Positions 1 to 8,177 of a DNA stretch of 64,000 bases are shown piece by piece (position 1 is the stretch's first letter; every line of letters begins with the position of its first letter). A program made the translations under genes and the position numbers. The stretch spans positions 985 through 64,984 of the IMG/VR virus record IMGVR_UViG_3300046366_000047. The stretch is one strand, 5' to 3'. The notes under the pieces are model-generated. The model saw only the letters and a program-made list of their open reading frames with translations. It was not told the DNA's origin and made no database searches. This DNA comes from a virus (lineage: Duplodnaviria; Caudoviricetes).

Positions 1-108
1 AGTATATTAATACTTGGACTGAAGATGGTGAGAATATGATATGCGGTAAGTGTAATGAAACGTATAGCCCAGATCAATCAATGGAGGAAGAATTTAAACA
101 AAGAAAAG

Positions 109-498
109 ATGAGACAAATAGTTTATAACGCGATTAAATGCCTTGAATGTGGCGAGACGATTGTAAGCCGTAGCCGGCACGATTACAATACCTGTGGGTG
201 CCCTAACGGGGTCATGGTTGATGGAGGTAATGAGTACGAGAGGTACGGAGCCATGGATATGGATAAGATTGAACCTAAGTATGTCTATGCCGATGATGAC
301 TTCGAGATTGTGAGAAAGTATGCAACAAGAGGGAGCCGTGGAGTAGATGGCAGACAGCCACTAACGTACATCGCGATATGCGATATCAAGGACGACTACC
401 TATGGGCAATCTTAGAGTATGGTGGACCTAAGTGGCACCTTGATCTAATTAGAAAAGAAATTAAATACAGAGAAGATGGACGAAGTAACGAAGTTTAG
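109..498 (+). CDS. Small Cys-rich, putative zinc-binding phage protein
   Basis: Motif C-x2-C...SRHDY-x2-C-x-C...VDGG. ATG at 109 is preferred over the ORF-track start at 55. Confidence 0.6.
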   Translation: MRQIVYNAIKCLECGETIVSRSRHDYNTCGCPNGVMVDGGNEYERYGAMDMDKIEPKYVYADDDFEIVRKYATRGSRGVDGRQPLTYIAICDIKDDYLWAILEYGGPKWHLDLIRKEIKYREDGRSNEV

Positions 499-715
499 AG
501 AAAGACTCAAGAAAATTGGAATCGAGCTTGAGCTTAAGGGTAATGCCCCATGGATATACCTTGACAAGGTAAATGGAAATAGAATTCAGCGTGAAGACTA
601 TAGTGCTAATCATGGATATACAATCGCTTGGTTTCCTATGCTACATGATGATGAGTTTACCCTTAATTGGCATGACATAAAAAAAACATTTGAAATAATA
701 AGAAAATACAGATGA
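476..715 (+). CDS. Hypothetical phage protein
   Basis: 79 aa ORF overlapping both neighbours in a + strand operon. Confidence 0.6.
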   Translation: MDEVTKFRERLKKIGIELELKGNAPWIYLDKVNGNRIQREDYSANHGYTIAWFPMLHDDEFTLNWHDIKKTFEIIRKYR

Positions 716-945
716 AAGTAACAATTGAATTTGACGGAGACGAAGAAAGAGAAGAACTTCGCACAGCATTGGATGGCTACAAGTGGAAAGGCGCTGTATG
801 GGATATTGACCAAAAACTACGTGAGATAACCAAGTATGGTTATGTTGACAAGAAAGAAGCTACTGATCAAGAAAGAGACTTAGCTGATAGACTTAGAACA
901 GAATTAAGAGGAATATTAGAAGAATGGAACTTAAATTTAGAATGA
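712..945 (+). CDS. Hypothetical phage protein
   Basis: 77 aa ORF with ATGA overlap to the upstream gene. Confidence 0.6.
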   Translation: MKVTIEFDGDEEREELRTALDGYKWKGAVWDIDQKLREITKYGYVDKKEATDQERDLADRLRTELRGILEEWNLNLE

Positions 946-1033
946 TGGAAAACTATCCACAGTGGGTAAACAATCTTGTTTACTTTTTAGCAGGAATTGG
1001 TGCGGCAGGCTTAATGATTTTATCATTGTAGAT

Positions 1034-1345
1034 ATGTTTGATATATTTGAGGAGAAACCCAGGCCCAAGATATACTGCTGTGATGTAGTTATCGAAGTGA
1101 AAGTCCTAGCTAGAGGTAAGCAAAAGAAGTACGATTCAATGATTGTAAAATTGTACAACATATCTTTAGTGATGAATGACGGAGACATAGCTACTCAAAA
1201 ACAAAAGAATCATTTATTCAGAAAAATATTTGATAAGCACATACATAGGGGTGATTTTAAGAATGCTATATTCGACATCAAAGAGATCAAAGTATTAGGA
1301 TTAATGGGAAATGTAGCATATGATTTTAATTATCTTCTACATTAG
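1034..1345 (+). CDS. Hypothetical phage protein
   Basis: ORF track 962..1345; internal ATG (MFDIFEE) looks the more likely start. Confidence 0.5.
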   Translation: MFDIFEEKPRPKIYCCDVVIEVKVLARGKQKKYDSMIVKLYNISLVMNDGDIATQKQKNHLFRKIFDKHIHRGDFKNAIFDIKEIKVLGLMGNVAYDFNYLLH

Positions 1346-1361
1346 TGTTAACAATTTTATT

Positions 1362-1369
1362 TATATTTG
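1362..1369 (+). promoter_or_regulatory. Bacteroidota-type -7 promoter box (TAnnTTTG)
   Basis: TATATTTG just upstream of the ATG at 1386. Confidence 0.6.
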
Positions 1370-1385
1370 CTAAAAAAATATTAGT

Positions 1386-2006
1386 ATGCAGCGACAAATC
1401 TTACAAGTAGTAAAATTCCAAGAAGCATTTGGAATCCAAGGGCCAGAGCAACCTAAGATGCTTAAGAAAACAAGAGCAAGACTTCGCCAAATTCTTTTAG
1501 AAGAAGAGGTACAAGAACTTAGTGAAGCGAATAACCTATTAGATGTTGCTGATGCAATTTGTGATATCATGTTCATCACACTAGGAACTGCTCATGAGTA
1601 TGGATTAACTGATCGCTTAGAGATGTTATTCGATGAGGTGACTAGATCTAACATGAGTAAGATAGATAACGTCACAGGTAAAGCTATATTTAGAGAGGAT
1701 GGAAAGATTCTTAAGCCTGAAACATTCTCAGAGCCTAAGCTTCGTCCAATCATTGAGCGTAACTTTAAGCTATACAAAGACAGCGATGTTATGAAACAGA
1801 TTGCTGAGGTAGAAAAGAAGCTTACAGAGAACAGAATCAAGCATAAAATCAAGTCTAAGTTGAATCTTGTTGACCGTGCTTTGTTTTGGATATCAGATAA
1901 GATTGAAACGTACTTAAAGAGACAAGTGCAGGTTACTTTCCCTCAAACAATTGATGGAGATATTATTGTAAAGGTATACGATGAACAACATACCATCAAC
2001 TCGTAA
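1386..2006 (+). CDS. MazG-like / PRA-PH family nucleoside triphosphate pyrophosphohydrolase
   Basis: EEEVQEL...VADAICD...EVTRSNMSK...GKILKP motifs typical of the all-alpha NTP pyrophosphatase family. Confidence 0.8.
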   Translation: MQRQILQVVKFQEAFGIQGPEQPKMLKKTRARLRQILLEEEVQELSEANNLLDVADAICDIMFITLGTAHEYGLTDRLEMLFDEVTRSNMSKIDNVTGKAIFREDGKILKPETFSEPKLRPIIERNFKLYKDSDVMKQIAEVEKKLTENRIKHKIKSKLNLVDRALFWISDKIETYLKRQVQVTFPQTIDGDIIVKVYDEQHTINS

Positions 2007-2376
2007 GTACGGGAACAAAAAGATAGAAGCGAATGGGATTAAGTTTGACTCCAAACTAGAATTCTATTGCTATAATGTATTTAAAGATTTGGGATTTGAT
2101 TTTGACTTCCAACGAACTGTGCTATTGCAGGAGGGCTTTAGATATGTAGGTAAGGCAATAAGACCGATAACAATGATAGTTGATTTTGTCCTGAGGATAA
2201 ATGGAACATCATACTACGTTGATACAAAGGGATTCGCCACTGAAACATCTAAGCTTAAATACAAGATGCTCAAGTTTCAATTGAAGGGTGACTCAAAGAC
2301 AGATGTTATTTGGTTGCATTCCCAGAAAGAAATCAAAGAATTTGTAAATAAAGTAAATAAGTTAGAAAATGAGTAG
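1981..2376 (+). CDS. DUF1064-like PD-(D/E)XK endonuclease
   Basis: KYGNKK...GIKFDSKLE...VDF...VDTKG signature. Confidence 0.75.
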   Translation: MNNIPSTRKYGNKKIEANGIKFDSKLEFYCYNVFKDLGFDFDFQRTVLLQEGFRYVGKAIRPITMIVDFVLRINGTSYYVDTKGFATETSKLKYKMLKFQLKGDSKTDVIWLHSQKEIKEFVNKVNKLENE

Positions 2377-2782
2377 TGTAAACAAAGTGACATTATTAGG
2401 AAATGTCGGAAACATCGAGGTTAAGAGCTTCGAAAACGGAAAAAAATTAGTTCAATTATCTTTAGCTACATCTGATGGCTACAAGAAGAATGATGAGTGG
2501 GTAGAGAAAACAGAATGGCATAGATGTATTTTTGCTATTCCTGCTTTAGCTGAACGTGCTGCATCAATTCAGAAAGGCGATAAGATCTATGTTGAAGGAA
2601 GCATTAGTACAAATGCATGGACAACTAAGGATGGTGAGAAGAAAGAGATTAAAGAGATTGCATGTACAATGTACAAAACATTCTCTAGAGCAAAGGCTGC
2701 TGAAGGAGAATTCAACCAACCTAAGACAACAGTCACTAAGCCTGCTTCAAGCTTCGATGACTTCGGAGATAGTCCTTTTTAA
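2369..2782 (+). CDS. ssb: Single-stranded DNA-binding protein
   Basis: VNKVTLLGNVG...SLATS...TEWHR...KGDKIYVEG OB-fold and acidic tail ending DSPF. Confidence 0.93.
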   Translation: MSSVNKVTLLGNVGNIEVKSFENGKKLVQLSLATSDGYKKNDEWVEKTEWHRCIFAIPALAERAASIQKGDKIYVEGSISTNAWTTKDGEKKEIKEIACTMYKTFSRAKAAEGEFNQPKTTVTKPASSFDDFGDSPF

Positions 2783-2931
2783 TATTTAAGAAGAACGAAC
2801 CCCATGGCCTCTCTTAGATGCGCACCAGTGGGAGTACGATAGACAGGGCAGCTGACTGATTCTATCTAGCTGTGTAAGGCAAGATGTCATTCGCTTACAC
2901 AAGACCACCAAGCTAAAGTCGGGTGGTTTAT

Positions 2932-3005
2932 GCGTCTGTAGCTCCAATTGGTAGAGCATCGGATTCCAAATCCGAGTGTTAGTGGTTCGAATCCACTCAG
3001 GCGTG
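2932..3005 (+). tRNA. tRNA-Trp (CCA)
   Basis: Acceptor GCGTCTG/CAGGCGT, D arm GCTC..GAGC, anticodon arm TCGGA-TTCCAAA-TCCGA, T arm AGTGG-TTCGAAT-CCACT. CCA end not encoded. Confidence 0.92.
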
Positions 3006-3027
3006 CTAACAATTTTAATTATATACT

Positions 3028-3243
3028 ATGAGTGCATTTTATGAAAGACTTCTAAAAGAAGCACAGGAATTAGCAATTAAGGCAAATTCTTTGAATGATT
3101 TCATGCGAACACAAGCTTTTGTTGATTTAGACAGACAGAATAAAGACTTGCTATATAAACAATCAAGGTTAATGAATGAATACCTGCAAGTATTAGGTCA
3201 GAGATTAGAAATTTTAGGAGAAAAGTTCTCTTTTAAGAGCTGA
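3028..3243 (+). CDS. Small helical phage protein (crAss001 gp48-like family)
   Basis: RL..E..EL...L..F...Q..LL..Q...M..Y..VL..R pattern recalled from this family. Confidence 0.6.
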   Translation: MSAFYERLLKEAQELAIKANSLNDFMRTQAFVDLDRQNKDLLYKQSRLMNEYLQVLGQRLEILGEKFSFKS

Positions 3244-3279
3244 TAAAGACAAATGACAGCTCGGAAAGACGAGCAATAT

Positions 3280-3397
3280 AGCGCAGTGGCGGAATCGGTA
3301 GACGCTATGAGCAGAACACAGCCTAGTCCCGATTTGCGTGGATACACAGGTTAATCAAAAAGTGTGTTCATAACAGGTTCGAATCCTGTCTGCGCTT
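3280..3397 (+). ncRNA. tRNA-like RNA with an extended helix in place of the anticodon arm
   Basis: Perfect acceptor stem AGCGCAG/CTGCGCT, class II-type D arm (TGGCGGAATCGGTAGACGC), T arm ACAGG-TTCGAAT-CCTGT, and a ~65-nt central insert closed by ATGAGCA/TGTTCAT. Confidence 0.75.
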
Positions 3398-3410
3398 CAA
3401 AATAAATATT

Positions 3411-3644
3411 ATGGAAAAATACGAATTAGATTTAACAGCTGGAGATATCGGAGAGATCATTGAGATTATCCGTGTTCAGCATTTAAGATTACACGCAGAG
3501 CCATTCGCTAATAAAATAGGAATGAAAGAAAAAGTTCTGTTATCTATTGAAGAAGGAAGAGGGCCACATGGTTTACTTGCCCTTAAGAAAATGAATGAGA
3601 CCTTCCACAATGTGAAGGTAAAAATACTTGTAGAGGTTTATTAA
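3411..3644 (+). CDS. XRE-family helix-turn-helix protein
   Basis: FANKIGM....LLSIEEGR resembles an XRE HTH. Confidence 0.6.
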   Translation: MEKYELDLTAGDIGEIIEIIRVQHLRLHAEPFANKIGMKEKVLLSIEEGRGPHGLLALKKMNETFHNVKVKILVEVY

Positions 3645-3778
3645 TGACCTTGACCTACGTTTCGCTTTTTGTACAGCTTAGAACCTTTGATCTTACTTGA
3701 TCCTTTCTTAGCATGAACTCCTGGACGCTTCTTTTTAGGAGTTTCCAACTTCAGTGTTGTACCTGCTTGCTTTGCCAT
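3641..3778 (-). CDS. Small basic protein (45 aa, MAKQAGTTLK...NVGQGH)
   Basis: Translated by eye; TAATG coupling to the upstream ORF; Lys-rich. Confidence 0.6.
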   Translation of the reverse strand: MAKQAGTTLKLETPKKKRPGVHAKKGSSKIKGSKLYKKRNVGQGH

Positions 3779-4059
3779 TATTTAAAAAATTGACGTTTCT
3801 TATCCGCTCTATTCTTAGATTGGGATTGACTAATAGTTGTTGTCTTAGATGTGTGGGCTACGTCCTTACCATCATGATTTCCGGCCGTACCGTTCTTACG
3901 GTTGATAGCTTGTAAGATAGTACGATACTTTCTACGTGCAGGAGTATCCTGATACTTAGTATCATAAGCTACCTTTTTCTTACGAGCCTCCGGATGAGTC
4001 TGGTAATACTTAGCACTTTTAGATGTACCTGTTTTAGTACCTGCTAGTTTATTTCTCAT
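3778..4059 (-). CDS. Small basic HNH-like protein
   Basis: DGKDVAH...SKNRA resembles a degenerate HNH core. Confidence 0.5.
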   Translation of the reverse strand: MRNKLAGTKTGTSKSAKYYQTHPEARKKKVAYDTKYQDTPARRKYRTILQAINRKNGTAGNHDGKDVAHTSKTTTISQSQSKNRADKKRQFFK

Positions 4060-4634
4060 TAGAATTCATTTATTAAGCAGTAACTTACTAATTTCTCAGT
4101 CTTTAATAGTCTGATCATAGTCTTGTACTTGTTTGGATTATTTACCACTTGACATCCAGCAGACCACCAGCCAATGCTATCACCTGATACACCATCTAAG
4201 TTGTATGTATTAGGATGAAAGTTGATACCGTAGTATCCTTCTTGTAATTTACCCTGCTCTTCTGACTTAGAATCCTTATCAGTATCACGATATACTTTTA
4301 CTTTAGATCCTAATTGAAGTAATGCTTCTACCTTTCCATTGTGCTTTCCGTACTTCCAAAGTTTGTAGTACCACTCATCAGCTTTAACTACAGCAGCACC
4401 ATCGTTATTAACCTTCTCAAATTGCTTTAATGTAGGTACGCCTGGATTAGTTGTAGCCGTTGTTACCTCGATGAACTCTTCACCCTTGAATAGGTATATC
4501 TTATCGTCAAAAGTATTTGGTTTATCCTCTTTTGATCTAACTCCCAACAACCAATAGCCACTAGGAATTTCTTTGTAAGAATCGAGTTGTTTAACTCTTT
4601 CTAAAAGTTCTTTATCTTTAAATGTGCGAACCAT
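4059..4634 (-). CDS. Putative endolysin with YkuD / L,D-peptidase-like His-Cys motif
   Basis: H-x17-SAGC (GINFH...WSAGCQV); directly downstream of holin and spanin. Confidence 0.65.
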   Translation of the reverse strand: MVRTFKDKELLERVKQLDSYKEIPSGYWLLGVRSKEDKPNTFDDKIYLFKGEEFIEVTTATTNPGVPTLKQFEKVNNDGAAVVKADEWYYKLWKYGKHNGKVEALLQLGSKVKVYRDTDKDSKSEEQGKLQEGYYGINFHPNTYNLDGVSGDSIGWWSAGCQVVNNPNKYKTMIRLLKTEKLVSYCLINEF

Positions 4635-4635
4635 A

Positions 4636-5085
4636 TTATTTCCATTTATCGCTTTCAGTTTTTAACCCTGTAATGAAGTCTTTGAATGACTTAAGCATAT
4701 CTTTACCTGTAACGTATTTATAGCTCTCATTCATGCTCTTAACCTCTGTTACAACGAAGAATAATGCCACTGCCTTAGTGAGTAATAATTCGATTGATAT
4801 AAAGTGAGCTATGATGTCTCCTGCGATATACTTCTCTACTAGAAAGAAGAAAGATATAACAGCTGAATAAATTAAAGACTTAACACCCGTAGCAAGCATT
4901 TTTTTACTTTGAATGATGTCGCCTATCTTGGCTTCTGAACCTTCTTTTCTTCTGCTTTTAACAGATCTCCAGATTCCAAATCCAAAATCAAATGCAATAG
5001 AAATTAGGGCGATTGTTACTAATGGGCCTATAGGCGCAAATAGCGTGATAAAGCTAGAGAGGAGAATCAATGTGTTAGTCTTCAT
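4636..5085 (-). CDS. Holin (phage holin 4-like)
   Basis: Two to three hydrophobic helices, FDFGFG, E.KS.NE motif; located in the lysis cassette. Confidence 0.75.
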   Translation of the reverse strand: MKTNTLILLSSFITLFAPIGPLVTIALISIAFDFGFGIWRSVKSRRKEGSEAKIGDIIQSKKMLATGVKSLIYSAVISFFFLVEKYIAGDIIAHFISIELLLTKAVALFFVVTEVKSMNESYKYVTGKDMLKSFKDFITGLKTESDKWK

Positions 5086-5510
5086 TTTAAATATTTATAT
5101 AGCTTATAAGCAATAAAAAGTATAACAAAGATAATGAAAAAGGCTAACAGGTTATTTAAGAGCTTCTTCCACCATGGGTACTTCTCATAGTAATTTACAG
5201 GTATCTTTCTCTCTACAATTTTAGTAATGTAAATAGGATCACACTTGCCCTGGATATAAACCTTCTTTTCTTTTGGTACATACCAAGCCTTTACAGTCAC
5301 TCTATCTTTCGTTAATGTGATTGTATCAGTCAACTGCTTTAACGTCACTACGGTGTCTGTATGCACCTCAGGTACGTATAAAGTAATGGTGTCATGTACG
5401 ATTAATGTATCCTGAGTTAACAAATAAGGATACTTTTCGATTAATCGGTTAAACCTCTTCGCTGGACTGCACGCTGTCAGTAGGAGCAGCATTATTAATA
5501 GATGCTTCAT
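5082..5510 (-). CDS. Unimolecular spanin candidate
   Basis: N-terminal lipobox LTAC plus C-terminal TM helix (LLAFFIIFVILFIAY); next to the holin. Confidence 0.7.
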   Translation of the reverse strand: MKHLLIMLLLLTACSPAKRFNRLIEKYPYLLTQDTLIVHDTITLYVPEVHTDTVVTLKQLTDTITLTKDRVTVKAWYVPKEKKVYIQGKCDPIYITKIVERKIPVNYYEKYPWWKKLLNNLLAFFIIFVILFIAYKLYKYLK

Positions 5511-5604
5511 TTAGAATGTTTAATAATGAAATAGCAAATCTACCAGGCATCTCACCGATAAGTACTTCGATTTGCTTTACTTGTTCTTGATTTAATTGGA
5601 TCAT
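5449..5604 (-). CDS. Small hypothetical protein downstream of the fibre genes
   Basis: MIQLNQEQVKQIEVLIGEMP...; internal ATG preferred over the ORF-track start. Confidence 0.5.
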   Translation of the reverse strand: MIQLNQEQVKQIEVLIGEMPGRFAISLLNILNEASINNAAPTDSVQSSEEV

Positions 5605-5623
5605 AATATAATTTTTTGCTAAT

Positions 5624-5896
5624 TTACGAAATAATTGTAACTCCGATCGCTTCAGCAACATATTGATTTACTACTGAGTTATCAAGCCCCCAAGTAGCAA
5701 ACTGCTCCTCAGTCATATAGTAATTACCTTGTTGAAGTTGTTCTCCTTCTTCAGTTAGTAATCTCCAATAAGTGTTGGTAGATGTTGCGTCGGTTTCAAA
5801 TTCTAAGACCTTTACAGTCATACGTGTAGCCACTCCTTGTGGTACTTGAAATGGAACTGGCTCAATTGCTATTCCGTTTGTTGGTGTTGTTGTCAT
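5624..5896 (-). CDS. Fibre-associated small protein (possible chaperone)
   Basis: 90 aa ORF directly downstream of the tail fibre. Confidence 0.55.
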   Translation of the reverse strand: MTTTPTNGIAIEPVPFQVPQGVATRMTVKVLEFETDATSTNTYWRLLTEEGEQLQQGNYYMTEEQFATWGLDNSVVNQYVAEAIGVTIIS

Positions 5897-5914
5897 GTTA
5901 TTTATTAAAAGTTA

Positions 5915-7834
5915 TTACATCGGTGAATGATTGATCTTAACCCAAATACCTGCTTGATAAACACACATATGTGAAATGGTAGTATTGTAAACCTGAAGCC
6001 CTTCGGCAGGCGTTACGATAGCATTTATTTGTGTTGTTGTCATTCGTGGAGGTAGGAAGCCGCGCGTTGTTGAGTCAATTTGAACATGAGCAGATGCATT
6101 TGCAGTAATTACACCTATTGCTAATTGACCTGCTATATAGTTTTGAGCAGTTCCTGATAGGTATAAATTATAATGATTTGATGCAGCGATTAAACCACTT
6201 GAAAATGCTTTAATGGTAGCCCCTACTTCACTAACTATTGTAGGGCTAAAACTAAAACCAAGTAAATCAATAGCGCCATCTGTAAGATTTATATTTCCCC
6301 TAACAACAAAATATTCATTAGTAGTTGTTTGTCCTTGCGCAATACTATTATATGTTGCGACAATTCCAGATCCTTGCCCTCCTATAACAGTGTTAAAACT
6401 ACGAGGATTAGCATTATTAGTTGCAATTGCACCATTACTTACAAAATATCCACTTAGGGCTATTCCAACTTGATTTGCAGAAGCAGCTCCTAGTGTTAAC
6501 CCCCCTCCACCTACACTTCCCGTAATTACTCCCTGCACCCTAACAGTACCATTAATGTCAACCTTATACCCTGCAAGAGTTGATGTGCCAACAAGCAAAC
6601 TTCCCGATGTTGTAGCTAACAATACATCTCCCGTAACTGTTTCAATAGCTCTATGTGTAGTGCCGGTAAGAGAAGTTAGGGTAGGATTGTAGTACAGACC
6701 CCTAACAATACCTGAGTATGTACCAGTATTATTTATTGCATATCTTATATTAAGTCCTATTAAGGCAGTTGTTCCAGAAGATTGAGCAATTATATTAGAT
6801 ATTCCAACAGCTTCTCCCCCTACTGTATTACCAAAAATATTACCTCTACTGGTAGAATTAAATTCTTGACCTACTATAAAGACTCTATTGCCACCTCCTA
6901 CCTGCAACCAAGTTCCTATATTTGAGCTAGACGCAACAAGAGTATTTGCAGCATTCATAGTAAATGAAAATCCTCCAGCAAATGAAGGACTTGTGATAGA
7001 AAAACTACTATTAACTCTTAAGCTTCCGTTAATATCAGCTTTGTATCCTGCGTCTGTGGCTGTGTTGACTCCGATGTTTCCTGTGGTAGCAAAAATTCTC
7101 ATTCTTTCAATAGACACAGAACCACTACCGCTCCAAGTATTAAATCGAGTTCCGCCCCCATTTGTCATAATTATGGAATCTAAATATCCGCTTCCGCCTA
7201 TATGAATTCCATTACCTGTGGACTCAGCTTTTATACCTCCAACAGATCCACCTGTAGATGATCTATTAATAACTAATTCACCTTGAACACCTAAAGATCC
7301 AAGATTAAGTTTATTTCCTGCAATGTCCCAAAATATACTTGCCGATTCACTAACTACTGCTCCGGTACCTTGAAACAATACTCTTCCATCAACACCACCC
7401 GTAATAGGTGTAGTATTTACAGTAATACCTGTTGATACAGTTGCCCAAGTTAAACCACCTGAGCCATCATTTTTTAGGTATCCATTGGCATTGATCGGAA
7501 TAGTATTACCTAGTAATTTAATTACACTTGGGTTAGGATAAGAGCCTGATAGGTCTCCTCCCGCCACAGATCCCACTCCTAAGTACTGAGGTATATTTAA
7601 TATGTTACCAATAAAAGTAGATGCGCCACTTGAACCTGTTGTGGTTAATGTTATCTTATCCTGTTTGGTAGATATTTCAGTTTGTACTTTTTTAATCAGA
7701 GATGATTGATCATTCGATAGACTAGCTAAAGCCCTAATGTCATCAATATTTTTATTAGCCGTAAGTCCATTGAGCTCCTTCTTTTTCTGAGGGCTCCCTG
7801 TTGTAACTGATCGTTTGGACTTAGGCTTGTACAT
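5915..7834 (-). CDS. Tail fibre / receptor-binding protein
   Basis: Gly/Ser/Thr-rich; repeated IGVNT..AGYKVDING units; AGGDLSGSYPNP; C-terminal STTRGFLPPRMTT motif. Confidence 0.8.
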   Translation of the reverse strand: MYKPKSKRSVTTGSPQKKKELNGLTANKNIDDIRALASLSNDQSSLIKKVQTEISTKQDKITLTTTGSSGASTFIGNILNIPQYLGVGSVAGGDLSGSYPNPSVIKLLGNTIPINANGYLKNDGSGGLTWATVSTGITVNTTPITGGVDGRVLFQGTGAVVSESASIFWDIAGNKLNLGSLGVQGELVINRSSTGGSVGGIKAESTGNGIHIGGSGYLDSIIMTNGGGTRFNTWSGSGSVSIERMRIFATTGNIGVNTATDAGYKADINGSLRVNSSFSITSPSFAGGFSFTMNAANTLVASSSNIGTWLQVGGGNRVFIVGQEFNSTSRGNIFGNTVGGEAVGISNIIAQSSGTTALIGLNIRYAINNTGTYSGIVRGLYYNPTLTSLTGTTHRAIETVTGDVLLATTSGSLLVGTSTLAGYKVDINGTVRVQGVITGSVGGGGLTLGAASANQVGIALSGYFVSNGAIATNNANPRSFNTVIGGQGSGIVATYNSIAQGQTTTNEYFVVRGNINLTDGAIDLLGFSFSPTIVSEVGATIKAFSSGLIAASNHYNLYLSGTAQNYIAGQLAIGVITANASAHVQIDSTTRGFLPPRMTTTQINAIVTPAEGLQVYNTTISHMCVYQAGIWVKINHSPM

Positions 7835-8177
7835 CCACTAAAAATTGTGGTTCGTATGGAAATTCCTCCGTTGTTGCATGTCCTGCGAAAGCGTGTTTAG
7901 GATTCTTAGGCTCTACTAAATTACTACCGAATTCGTACGTGTTTTCACTCATCACGTCGTAATGATATCCATCTGCATAAACGGGCGGTGTAACGATTAC
8001 CATTCCATCCATTACGGGTGGAGTAATCATGATGAGTCCTATCTCAACAACCGCTTGAACGCCTTCTCCGTATGCTTCGTGTTTTTCTCCGTTGAACTCC
8101 ACCTCTACAAGAATGCCTTTTGCTTTCAAGTCTGCGAGTGCTTGTTCCTTGTCTGTATAACTAAGTTTGAATATCAT
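7821..8177 (-). CDS. Fibre-associated small protein
   Basis: MIFKLSY...GYHYDV...PKNPKHAFAG, of the kind found after spike/fibre genes; internal ATG preferred. Confidence 0.6.
   Translation of the reverse strand: MIFKLSYTDKEQALADLKAKGILVEVEFNGEKHEAYGEGVQAVVEIGLIMITPPVMDGMVIVTPPVYADGYHYDVMSENTYEFGSNLVEPKNPKHAFAGHATTEEFPYEPQFLVDVQA

Noticed and set aside
2852-2859. Hammerhead ribozyme core (CTGACTGA)
   Set aside because: No appropriately placed GAAA and three-stem junction.
3005-3027. tRNA-associated theta/HDV-like ribozyme after the tRNA
   Set aside because: The downstream sequence is short and AT-rich with no nested pseudoknot potential.
3280-3397. tmRNA or group I intron-containing tRNA
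   Set aside because: No G3-U70 alanine identity pair or tag ORF; the insert is far too short for a self-splicing intron.
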